Source: an uncultured virus (IMG/VR IMGVR_UViG_3300034092_002263) | Taxonomy: Duplodnaviria; Heunggongvirae; Uroviricota; Caudoviricetes | Reading direction: 5' to 3' (one strand) | DNA length: 64,000 nt | Virus record (IMG/VR): IMGVR_UViG_3300034092_002263 | Shown here: positions 46,488-56,700 of the stretch, piece by piece | Layout of the letters: every line of letters starts with the position of its first letter | Numbering within the stretch: position 1 is the first letter of the stretch | Made by a program: the position numbers and the translations under genes | The notes under the pieces: generated by a model | The model's database searches: none | What the model saw: the letters and a program-made list of their open reading frames with translations, nothing else | Told to the model about the DNA's origin: nothing

Positions 46488-46946
46488 TTAACCCTTTTCT
46501 GCTCTATATATAGCAATCTTGATGATTTTTTTTGCAGCGTAGGCAAAAAAGGGTAAATGTCTTTTTTCGGCTTCTTCTTTTAGCCACGCAACTATGGTAT
46601 CTATATTATTTTTACACCATTCTACCCCTTTATCGTTCATATATTTTGCTTTTCTATTACAAGAACAATTTGGACTAGAATTTATGTTAAACCAAGATAA
46701 TATCTTTTTTAGTTCTGTTCCAACGCCTTTTCCTAGCTTTTCGTACATTTCTGCATCATCTATCTTCTTATAAGATGGATGGTCATAATTTTCTTCTTTT
46801 GGTTTTGGATATGCTGGGTGATCTACATCTACTACCCAAATATCCCCATCTTGTTTTATAACACAGGGCATAACGTCTTCTAAAAGATACCCCCTCTGTT
46901 GACATCTAATAATAAGATAATCTTTGTGTACTGTGTATGTCTTCAT
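46488..46946 (-). CDS. Hypothetical CxC-motif protein (152 aa)
   Basis: VDVDHPAYP and GTELKKIL...NCSCN..A..MN..G.EWC..N...IV.WL.EEA motifs; coupled to both neighbours. Confidence 0.75.
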   Translation of the reverse strand: MKTYTVHKDYLIIRCQQRGYLLEDVMPCVIKQDGDIWVVDVDHPAYPKPKEENYDHPSYKKIDDAEMYEKLGKGVGTELKKILSWFNINSSPNCSCNRKAKYMNDKGVEWCKNNIDTIVAWLKEEAEKRHLPFFAYAAKKIIKIAIYRAEKG

Positions 46947-46954
46947 ATAATTCC

Positions 46955-48709
46955 CTATGGAATAAATGTAAAAGTATTGCTATATTTTTTCTCTGGACTA
47001 TTAATGAATACTCTATATTGAGTTAATTCGTTTCTTACTATTGGATCATAAACTGTTATTAGTTTATCTGAATCTGCTTCTGTAAGCTGTATAATTCTCG
47101 TTGTGCATGAATTGTTAACCACTTTCTCAATAAAATACGTGTACTTTGTATTATAGTATGTTTTTGCCTTAAAAGTCAATTTGCTTTTATTTAAATTTGG
47201 ACTTATTGTTTCTTTGACTACAGATAAATTCTGTGTAAATATAACCGTATTTGGATGTGGCGTGGTTGTTGTTATTCTATTAATCTCTGATTCTGTATAA
47301 AAATCCTCTAAAGGAACGCATATACAAAAATCTAGATTTCCACTAGTTCCAACACCACTACACGAATGTAAACTACTTATTTGAATGTCTGTTGGTAATT
47401 GATCACAACAAGGTTGATTATTATAATCACATATACTATTAAACTCTAAAATTAATGCGTTGTCATATAAATCTATTTCGCTTTCACTAGTTAAGACTAA
47501 AGAGGGCTTGTCTATTAAAGCACTACTTCTAATTTTCGTTTTCTGATTTAGGCCACCAAAGAGTTTATGGGCCAATATTTGTTTTGTGTTTTTTTCTTTT
47601 ATAGTTATTGATATAACATTTTCTATTGATATTCTCTCAAATATATTAGAATTAATGTATACCACCAAGTTTTTTGCTGTTACATGATCTTTTATTATGT
47701 TGGACACTGTAATAAATTTTTGTTCTCTAAATAGTAGTATTTCTCTATCATGAATTAAATCAACGTGAGATTCTTGTACATCGTCTTTGATCATTATCTT
47801 TAAGCCACGATTAGAATCAAAAAAACTGCCTTTTGGCAAAGTTACTATACCGCAGTCACATATATCTAAATTTGTTCTATCAATAATAATTGAAAATGGA
47901 CTATCTGTAGTTGTAGTGGTTGTTGTAGTTGTGGCAACTACTCTTGTATATTCAAACGTATCACTAACTATCAAGCCACTTTTTAATACTGCTGATACTG
48001 TTATATCATATGGCAAATTGAAAATTGGTAAATTGTTGATATCTAAATTATAAGTAGTGATGGTATAAGAAACATTAACACTTGATGCAGATTGGCTGTT
48101 TTGTATTTTCCACTGTATTCTGTATTTATCTATTTCTGATGAAAGGATATTTTGAGTAGACCAATTTATACTTAATTGATTATTCACCAAATTATAGCTA
48201 TTTACTTCTAATACTGGAGCAAGCGTTGTCGTTGTTGTAGTAGTGGATGTAGGAAATACTATTGGAACTGGTGTTGTTGGTGTTGTTATTGTAGTTGTGG
48301 TTGTACTAGTTGTGCTACTTGTTGTAGTGGTACTAGTTGTTGTGCTACTAGTTGTTGATGTTGTTGTGCTTGTAGTAGTCGTTGTATTGTTATTCTGAGC
48401 AATGTTTATAATACCAAACATATTAGAATGAAATTGACATATATAAAACAACTGACTTGGCGCATCTTGTGGAATTACAAAAGTTAATGTGCCATTTTCT
48501 ATGCCGTTATTTGTTATTCCATTGTTATATATCTGTGCTGTTCCGGTTACTGGATTTGTTTTAATCCAAAACGGGTGACCATTTGCAATAATGTTAAAAA
48601 CTAAAGTATCTCCAACGCTAACGTTAAGTGTGGGATTATCAGAAGGTAATCCAGTAAATCTATAAGATGTATTCTGGTTATTAATAACGAAATAATTATA
48701 AGTAGCCAT
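46955..48709 (-). CDS. Appendage protein with N-terminal cupredoxin-like domain, poly-Thr linkers and FN3-like domain (584 aa)
   Basis: H45...C91-x2-H94-x2-M97; long Thr runs; LSINWS...YRIQWK...YDITVSAV FN3 pattern. Confidence 0.7.
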   Translation of the reverse strand: MATYNYFVINNQNTSYRFTGLPSDNPTLNVSVGDTLVFNIIANGHPFWIKTNPVTGTAQIYNNGITNNGIENGTLTFVIPQDAPSQLFYICQFHSNMFGIINIAQNNNTTTTTSTTTSTTSSTTTSTTTTSSTTSTTTTTITTPTTPVPIVFPTSTTTTTTTLAPVLEVNSYNLVNNQLSINWSTQNILSSEIDKYRIQWKIQNSQSASSVNVSYTITTYNLDINNLPIFNLPYDITVSAVLKSGLIVSDTFEYTRVVATTTTTTTTTDSPFSIIIDRTNLDICDCGIVTLPKGSFFDSNRGLKIMIKDDVQESHVDLIHDREILLFREQKFITVSNIIKDHVTAKNLVVYINSNIFERISIENVISITIKEKNTKQILAHKLFGGLNQKTKIRSSALIDKPSLVLTSESEIDLYDNALILEFNSICDYNNQPCCDQLPTDIQISSLHSCSGVGTSGNLDFCICVPLEDFYTESEINRITTTTPHPNTVIFTQNLSVVKETISPNLNKSKLTFKAKTYYNTKYTYFIEKVVNNSCTTRIIQLTEADSDKLITVYDPIVRNELTQYRVFINSPEKKYSNTFTFIP

Positions 48710-48716
48710 AAATTAC

Positions 48717-51398
48717 CTATGGTAATGGATTAAATTGTGATCCACAAGAAATTACATCAATAATTTCATTATGGAATGTTTCCTGACAATCGCCATTACT
48801 GTCTTTTGGTAGACATGGGGCAAAAAATTCTGTAATTGTTAGTCCGCATTCAGATCCATACATATCATCTAATGTTGCATTAACAGAAGCATTATTGTAC
48901 TCTCTAATAATCTCCATAACCTGTTCATTTGTTAGACCGCAGCACGTACTAAATATAAGTTGTTGATAACTATTTGCGCTTGGTGTGCAAGCACCTCCAG
49001 CGCCCTCTACGCAGTCTAATACCTGTTGACAAATAATGTATATGGAATTATCGCATGGTGGAGGAGTAGTGGTAGTTGTAGTTGTTGTTGTTGGAACCGG
49101 ATCTGGAGATCTTAACTCAAGATCTATCGTTCCGCCACCAACTGGAACAATTATTGGCACACTTATATTACCATTTATATTTGAAGTTCTGTTTACGGTA
49201 ATTGGATTTGATCCAGTTAAACTCACCATATCTGCTGGATTTTGACTATCTATAAATACTGTTGGTTTGTTATTATCTCGATATTCATATCCACTAAATA
49301 CCGCATATGAGAAAGTATTAAATGTTAATCCAGCTACTGATGAGAATGTGTATGTAGACACTTCGTTATACCCCGCTGGATCTGTATTACTTGGATTATT
49401 GAGCGTTACGTTATTTACCTTATTAAGCATATTAACTGTTATGCTATACTGTGGTGGTGGAGCGGTTGTCGTAGTTGTATTAGTTGCTCCATTTAGTACA
49501 ACCGTTGCTAAACCTCCACCGGCTGGCATAGAGGTTAATGTGACAACTACTTGTTTTTGATTATTAACATTGTTCATTGTAACATTTATCACATTTGAAG
49601 TGGGTATTGCCTGAATATTTTCTAAAACTAGAGATCCGTTTGGAATTAAAAAGAAAAATTGTTGTAAATTAATATTATTTTGTGCTTTGTTGATGAACGT
49701 CAATTGATTTACTGTAGTTGTTGATTGTGGCACATTATTTTGTATAATAACATTGTAAGCAAACTGTGGTGGTGGAGTTGTTGTTGTTGTTCCAAAATAT
49801 AAAGTTGTGTATACTCTATCATCTCTTTCACTATTTATTATGTCTTTTCTAAGATAAAGTATTAGAAATACATCTCCACGAACACGTTCATCATTCTCAT
49901 CTAACTCATTAGGATCTTCTATAAGAAGATAATTAGATACAGTTTGATTAGCATAAACGCTTGTAACTTGATAATCGTATAAAGAAGAAAATAAATCTGT
50001 ATTATGTTGAGACGGTTTTATGTTTGATGTTTTTGTGTTCTTTATTAAGAATAATCCTCCAACATCTCCAGTAAAACTATAGTTATTGTGGTAAATTATA
50101 CTTTCCGTGCTAGCCGTTATTGAATAACTAATAGTTCCACCATTATTTACTTGCATCCATAAGGCGTTATAATCTCCATGAGTTCCGCCTATAGCAGCAA
50201 TAGCTGGATTTTCTGCCTTTCCTTCTCCTACAAAGAAATAATCGTCAAATGGAGTTATTATACCCGTTGGAGCAAATTGGCCCCAAGCTGCCTTAATTGG
50301 CCCATTTGCTCTAAAAGAAAATGCTGGTCCAGATCCATCTTTTGGTCTAGATATAGGAGCAAAACAGTTTACAAAGTCTATTTCTAATGTTTCAACAATT
50401 TTATTAAACCTCTGACTCAAAAAATAATCTTCCGCGACAACGTTTAACAATATTTTTTCTTCATTTTCCATATACTTAGTTAAATATAGATCGTCACCCT
50501 CTAGAGCAAAATAATTTTTATAAGGTCCGTCTAAATATAGTTTTTGAGGTCCACAAGAATTAATCAAATTGAGTTTTCCAATTTTCATTTTAATTTCTTC
50601 TGTGGCCGGTATTGCTGTAGTTGTAGTAGTTGTTGTGGTTGTTGTTGCTGAACCCGATAAATCTGTTGCCCAATAAATTGTGGCATTGTCTTTGGCTTCG
50701 TCCATTTGAACAATATGACCAGTAAATGGTGTATCTAGTGCAATATTGTTAAGTATAAAAGTTTTAGGAACTGTTGATGATATGCTTTCATCATTCATTG
50801 CTTCAACATATAATAATTCAGAAGATTTTGAGAAAACTAGAAAATCTTTCTCTATTTTAAGCGGGGATATAGTAAATAATCCAGCAGAAGCATTGTTTGA
50901 AAAAGAGAACGATCTTTTAGTTGGAATAGATTGTAATAAATGAAACCATTCAGCAATTATTAATCCAGATCCACCACCCACCCTATTAATCAATCTTTGC
51001 TGTCTATTGTCTGGCATTTTAACTCCACCGAACGCGCTATATGATGGAATTAAAACATAAAGGTTAAAATCTGTATTTTGATCTTGAAAACTTTCTTCTA
51101 AATACCAAGGCTCAGATAGTATTACCGAAGAAAAAATTTGTAAACTACTCAATAAAGATGCCAACCTGTTATCAAAAATCGTATTAGTTGTTTTGATGAT
51201 AGAAACAGTTCTTCCGCTATAAAAATATATATTGTTATTTCTTGTAGCCCACAGACAAGCATTTAAAAACAATCTTACAAATAAAGACTCATTTTCATTG
51301 CTAGCTATGTTTTCATAGTTAATAGCCTTAGTGAATGCCGCAACCTTTCCGCTCCCATACTTCCATCCAGCTAATCCTACGGTTTGTTGTGACATCAT
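48717..51398 (-). CDS. Multidomain appendage protein with poly-Thr linkers and Cys-rich C-terminus (893 aa)
   Basis: Four Thr runs separate globular domains; 10 Cys in the last ~110 aa. Confidence 0.7.
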   Translation of the reverse strand: MMSQQTVGLAGWKYGSGKVAAFTKAINYENIASNENESLFVRLFLNACLWATRNNNIYFYSGRTVSIIKTTNTIFDNRLASLLSSLQIFSSVILSEPWYLEESFQDQNTDFNLYVLIPSYSAFGGVKMPDNRQQRLINRVGGGSGLIIAEWFHLLQSIPTKRSFSFSNNASAGLFTISPLKIEKDFLVFSKSSELLYVEAMNDESISSTVPKTFILNNIALDTPFTGHIVQMDEAKDNATIYWATDLSGSATTTTTTTTTTAIPATEEIKMKIGKLNLINSCGPQKLYLDGPYKNYFALEGDDLYLTKYMENEEKILLNVVAEDYFLSQRFNKIVETLEIDFVNCFAPISRPKDGSGPAFSFRANGPIKAAWGQFAPTGIITPFDDYFFVGEGKAENPAIAAIGGTHGDYNALWMQVNNGGTISYSITASTESIIYHNNYSFTGDVGGLFLIKNTKTSNIKPSQHNTDLFSSLYDYQVTSVYANQTVSNYLLIEDPNELDENDERVRGDVFLILYLRKDIINSERDDRVYTTLYFGTTTTTPPPQFAYNVIIQNNVPQSTTTVNQLTFINKAQNNINLQQFFFLIPNGSLVLENIQAIPTSNVINVTMNNVNNQKQVVVTLTSMPAGGGLATVVLNGATNTTTTTAPPPQYSITVNMLNKVNNVTLNNPSNTDPAGYNEVSTYTFSSVAGLTFNTFSYAVFSGYEYRDNNKPTVFIDSQNPADMVSLTGSNPITVNRTSNINGNISVPIIVPVGGGTIDLELRSPDPVPTTTTTTTTTPPPCDNSIYIICQQVLDCVEGAGGACTPSANSYQQLIFSTCCGLTNEQVMEIIREYNNASVNATLDDMYGSECGLTITEFFAPCLPKDSNGDCQETFHNEIIDVISCGSQFNPLP

Positions 51399-53776
51399 AC
51401 ACCTACAATCTTATCTCTAGTTCCAAAATCAATCATATAATAGTATGTTTGTCCATTAAGCGCCGTAACAGCCCCAACATCACGAAACATAAAATCTGTA
51501 ATTAGTTTTGAAAAGATATTCTCTTTGTTATTTTGCGTTATGTATTGGCTAAACTTAAAAGATGTAAATCCACTAATGGACTCTGAGCCAGCTTTTCCAT
51601 AGATATTTACGTTGTTCATGTTACATATATAATCTAGTGTTATTGACATTTCTATTGTACTTCCTAGTACATTAAATGTATAACTTTGTCCAATCTCATT
51701 AATAACTACATTTGGATAAAAAAGTTTATATGTTGTAACATCAAAATATGTGTTTTCTTTGACATATAACTTTAAGTTATGATTACTAGCTAAAGAATTT
51801 ATATATGTTAATGAGTCATCTGAATTTCTTCCAATCTCAAAATACACACCATTATACCAAGGTTTTCCAGAAATTATTAATGTCTGTGAAGTTGTTCCTG
51901 TAATTTCTGTTGGAAATGGCTTTGTAGCAAAAAAGATTTGTAATGGATTTAATAGTCTTTGCGTTAATATTGGTTGAACATCTCTACCGTTTGTAACTGT
52001 AAATGGCGCACTATTATATATTGAACTGCATAGCGGTGGTATCGTAGTAACCGTTGTTGTTGTTGCAGTGGTTGTTGTTGTTTCTGTTGCAGATCCAGTA
52101 AATCCAATAGTAGCAATGCTTTGTGGTTTTGGTGGCATTATAAATGGAATATCATAATCTACTCTTTTTCTGTCTGATGAAATTACAACTGTGGCAGATT
52201 CTTCTTCAATATAAGTAGCATCTACGCCAAATGTAGAGATTAATGGAGCGTTATAAAAAACATAATTACCAGAACTATAAATACTCAATTTAACAGATCT
52301 AGAGGAGTTTTCTGGAGCATAAATAGTTTGTTGTTCTTGATCTAGCGTTGCATACTCTAATCTTCTGTCTAGAAAATCAAAATCAAATCTAACAAAAGAT
52401 GGAGATAAAGTTGTTGTTGTGGTTGTTATTGGTATGCCATTTATTTGTTCTGCTTGACCAAAACCAACGTTATTTTTTGCACTAACTAAAAATAGATAAT
52501 TTTGTTGATTTGTTAAATTTTCTACCGTGTACGTGTAATATAAAACATTATCTATATTTACTGTGCTTAGTTGGCCCACCGGTATTGTTAGTGTGTTCTG
52601 TGTAACGTCATTTAATTTAACTTCTATTTTGTAATGTGTGATATTAGATGTGCCACTATCTGACGGTGCTATCCACCTAAGAGTAACAGCTTGAAATAGA
52701 TTAATTCTATTTAGTGACTGAACTTTTGAAGGAACTCTTGGAGCAATAGTTGTAGTAGTTGTTGGTGGAGGCGTTGTAACTGGTATATATGAAATAATAC
52801 AGACCCCTTTTCCACCTATCCCGCCATTTCCAGCACCTCCACCACCAGTATTAGCCACTCCATTTTTATTATTAGTTCCACCACCACCACCAACGCTTGG
52901 TTGTATAATTTGATTTGTAAATGGATCTCCTGCCCCGCCGCCGCCATAAGCGTTATATGTTAAGCCGCCATCATAAGTTATTATTGCTCCATCTCCACCC
53001 CTACCAGCATTTAAAGATATTCCATTTTCTACTATTGGAACGCTTTGACCTCTTTCTCCAGCGCCACCACCTCCTCCTCCACCAACATTTCCAATAGAAG
53101 CTCCACCGTTATTGCCACCTAGCCCAATTGCACCCAATGAATTACTTCTTCCTCCAGCACCACCCCCATTACCGCCCGTTTTAGCATTATTAGTAAATGC
53201 AGATCCGCCACCACCACCACCATTAGTTTTTATGCCTATTTTTGGTATACTAGTATCTTTACCATTAAGACCCGTAAGACCTCCACTACCTATTACAATA
53301 TCGTAAGATCCCGCTGGAAACTTATATGACGAAAATTTTACTTGACCTCCACCGCCACCCCCACCTCCATCAAAAGCTCCACCGCCACCACCACCGGCGA
53401 CTAATAAAAAGTTAATTTCGGCATAATCAAAATTTTGATTTGGATATGGTACTATAGAAAATACCCCGTCGTTATAGAATTTGTGTACAATTAAATTATT
53501 AGTTACAATTTTTTCATTCCCACCAAATGCATTAAAATACATTGGCGGTTTTGTTGTTTGTATTGTTGGACAAAGTATGTTACTACCACTATTAGGAATA
53601 AGAACATATTGCAATAGATCTGCGATATCTTCTGTTATCGGTGGCGTTGTAGTAACAGTTGTTGTTGTTTGCGTTGTTGTAAACGTTAAATATGGACGAT
53701 CTTGTGGCGCTGATCTTACTCTTCTAGATCTTTGTTCTTCACGAAAACATCCTGTTGGTTCGCAATTCGAAGCCAT
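51395..53776 (-). CDS. Glycine-rich-domain + FN3 appendage protein with poly-Thr linkers (793 aa)
   Basis: VHKF...LLVAGGGGGG...GGGGGG...ANTGGGG...GGKGVCIISY glycine-rich domain; VTLRWIAPSDSG...YLFLVSAKNNVGFG FN3. Confidence 0.8.
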   Translation of the reverse strand: MASNCEPTGCFREEQRSRRVRSAPQDRPYLTFTTTQTTTTVTTTPPITEDIADLLQYVLIPNSGSNILCPTIQTTKPPMYFNAFGGNEKIVTNNLIVHKFYNDGVFSIVPYPNQNFDYAEINFLLVAGGGGGGAFDGGGGGGGGQVKFSSYKFPAGSYDIVIGSGGLTGLNGKDTSIPKIGIKTNGGGGGGSAFTNNAKTGGNGGGAGGRSNSLGAIGLGGNNGGASIGNVGGGGGGGAGERGQSVPIVENGISLNAGRGGDGAIITYDGGLTYNAYGGGGAGDPFTNQIIQPSVGGGGGTNNKNGVANTGGGGAGNGGIGGKGVCIISYIPVTTPPPTTTTTIAPRVPSKVQSLNRINLFQAVTLRWIAPSDSGTSNITHYKIEVKLNDVTQNTLTIPVGQLSTVNIDNVLYYTYTVENLTNQQNYLFLVSAKNNVGFGQAEQINGIPITTTTTTLSPSFVRFDFDFLDRRLEYATLDQEQQTIYAPENSSRSVKLSIYSSGNYVFYNAPLISTFGVDATYIEEESATVVISSDRKRVDYDIPFIMPPKPQSIATIGFTGSATETTTTTATTTTVTTIPPLCSSIYNSAPFTVTNGRDVQPILTQRLLNPLQIFFATKPFPTEITGTTSQTLIISGKPWYNGVYFEIGRNSDDSLTYINSLASNHNLKLYVKENTYFDVTTYKLFYPNVVINEIGQSYTFNVLGSTIEMSITLDYICNMNNVNIYGKAGSESISGFTSFKFSQYITQNNKENIFSKLITDFMFRDVGAVTALNGQTYYYMIDFGTRDKIVGV

Positions 53777-53788
53777 TATACATCCTCA

Positions 53789-56700
53789 TTAGGGAGCGCC
53801 GGTTATAGATATTGGTCTATATTCATTATTTACCTTAATGGCAATGACATAATCTCCCTTACGAACATTTAGATAAGGATCTCTCAAAACTATTTCTATC
53901 AAATTTGCTTGTGGCGGATTAGCTGGAGCGTTAACAAATGTATTATTTTGAACTATTTTCTTACGCACAAAGAACTTGAGAGGTTGATCTGTAAATGAAT
54001 TTGGTAGATCTGAAGGTCTAATATCTGCTTCTACTATACCTTCAATTATCAAATCATCAAATTTTGTCTTTAAGGTATTCAGCTCTGAATAATTTTGCGT
54101 TATCGTATTATTTATTGTGCTAACATTTCCTTGTAATGTGCTAATTGTCTCCAAAAAGCTAGCATCATTTATTGATGTGTTGTTTGAAAAACGTATGCTT
54201 CCTTTTACTCTTAAATCGCCATTAATTTGTGCATACGGCCTAGATGATGATGCAAAGTTCTCTGTATTTGTTAGTGGCGCGTTATTATGATTTAATATTA
54301 CAAGAGAGTTTTCTTGGTCATTGCTTCCACTAAACTTAATAGAAAATGAAGATCCACCATTCTGTGACGCATTATCTTTTACTAGTAAGTAATTAGTATA
54401 TAGATTAGTATATTTTGTTGCTGTTTCTTTAAGTCTTAAATATCCATTAACATTTAGATGTTTATTAGATACTAAGCTGCCTTCTAGCAATGGAGTTGTA
54501 TCATATCCCAATAAGAACGTTTCAGAATATGTTCCAGTTTGTGCTAAATTACTACCTATAAAAATATTTTTTGATTGAGTTGTTACAGCTAGCCCATTAT
54601 TAGAACCGACAAAGACATTTGTTGATCCTGTAGTTACATTTTTACCAGCACGATAGCCAATAGATGTATTATCGTCACCGGTTGTTAACTTCGATAATCC
54701 TTCATATCCTATAGATGTATTTCTAACTGTAGAACTTGTTAAGTTTGTTCTTAATTCTGGAGATCTAATGCCACCAAATGTATTACCTAGATCATCAAGA
54801 CTTAAAGGCTTATCAACTATAGAACCGTCTGCGCTAGATGCTGTTAGGTCAACTGTAAATAAATTACCGCTACTATCTAAAAATGATAATGTTGAAGACT
54901 GTAACTCATTGTCTTCTAAATGTCTTACAAATAAATATCCATATCCAGATACCGCAACTGGAACACCGCTAGATTCATGAAATGCTATATTAGCTTCTGT
55001 ATTATCTTCACTACCTATCGACATCATTGCGTTGATTGTGTTCTTATTCAATATGTGTATAGTGCCATCGTCATCATTAATCGTCAATGAATCGCTAGTA
55101 ACACCATCGTTGTATGTTGTAACATACATAGACCCACTATTCTTAATGTATTCAAATGATATTCCATAATGTAAGCAATTTTCCGCTCCTAACAATTGTA
55201 TTCCAGCTTTACTATCATTATTATTTTCTGCTGTTATTCTAGCGATGGCGTTTCCAGTGCTTCTAATATTGAATATTGTATCTGGAAGCATTGACTCAGC
55301 ATAATTAAAGTTACTTATACCAACATAACCCTCTGTCTCGTCTTGCATAAGAGTAAAGCATCTTTTTGCAAATGAGGTATTATTGTATGATGAAATTATA
55401 TATCTGTGTGGCCTTTGCCCAACTTGCTCGTTAAAGAAGTTTGGTGGTTCTAAAAACGAATTAGCAATATATCCAGTTTTAAATCCTGTTACAATCTCAG
55501 ATCCAAGATTATCTAAGTTGTAATTACTAGTATTAGTCAAAAACTTAGTAAATAAGTTAACTCCAGAATGTGGAGATTGTATAGATATTTCATATGGATT
55601 CAACTGACCGCTAGCGCATACAAAGTTTATATCGCCAATACCAACTAAAGTGTTTGGTGTATCTATATCATTTTCTTGTGCCAAATAAACAGTACCACTA
55701 TTAATAAATAATCCTAATCCATCTTCATAAGTAACTAATGCTATTTTTTCTTTATTTATTACTCTATCTGTTTTAACATGCCTACCCTCTTCAGTTTGAA
55801 TACTAATATTACTAAACCAAGAATTTCTACTATACTCATCATCAACAGATAAATTATCCCACGAAGAATCGCTAGATCTAAATGTAAATTCGTAATTTCT
55901 CAAATAATCTAAACCGCTGGCACCTATTTCAAATCCAGCGCCGTTCAATTCTTCGTCTAATAAATATGGTTGTGGTTCTTTATACGACCCGCTTGCTACA
56001 AAATGATCATATAGAGATGTTGCCCCACCGCCGTCTATAACTGTAATATCTCCAGTAGACGCCAAGAATAATGTTTTATGTCTATAGTGTTCATGTTCTT
56101 GGGCTTGATATTTTTTAAAGTGTCCAACTCCGTCACAATACAAATTGTAAGTATATGCATTAAGCCATCTATCTCTAGTATCTCCAAGATTAAATACAAC
56201 ATCTGTCTTTGGCAATACATGTCCACTTGCTAAAATTCTTCCAATTGTATTTACCGGTCCAGTTGTCACTGCACCTTTTAGCGTCGAAACTCCGCTAACA
56301 ACAAAATTATCAACTACATTCAAGCTTCCGTCAATATCTAATGTATTACTAAGAAAAAATCTATTTGAGTTATAAACAAAGTTATTTGCTTCTGGAAATA
56401 CTATAGACGAATAAAGATATAAGTTATTAAAACGAAAATTATTTGATCCAAGATTATAACTATTGGTTACGTGTGGTATTGTATGACCACCTATTTGTAG
56501 CGTGGCACCTTCGTGTAGATCACGAATACCTATACCTAATCTCAAGTTATTAGAAGATAAATCTCCTTTTAACAATGGTTTTAGTCCAGATCCTAGCGGA
56601 TTGGCACAAATAAAAGATGAATCAACTGGATGTGCTGCTACGAAAAATTGATAATCTATATCTCTATCAACATAATAACCAGCACCATGACCTAGGGCGA

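Noticed and set aside
47900..53700. GTT/GTA-rich tandem tracts as a CRISPR array or microsatellite
   Set aside because: They are in-frame poly-Thr codons with mixed third positions; there is no repeat-spacer structure.
9700..56226. Short alternate-frame minus-strand ORFs nested in large genes
   Set aside because: 60-120 aa, no recognisable motifs; expected by chance.
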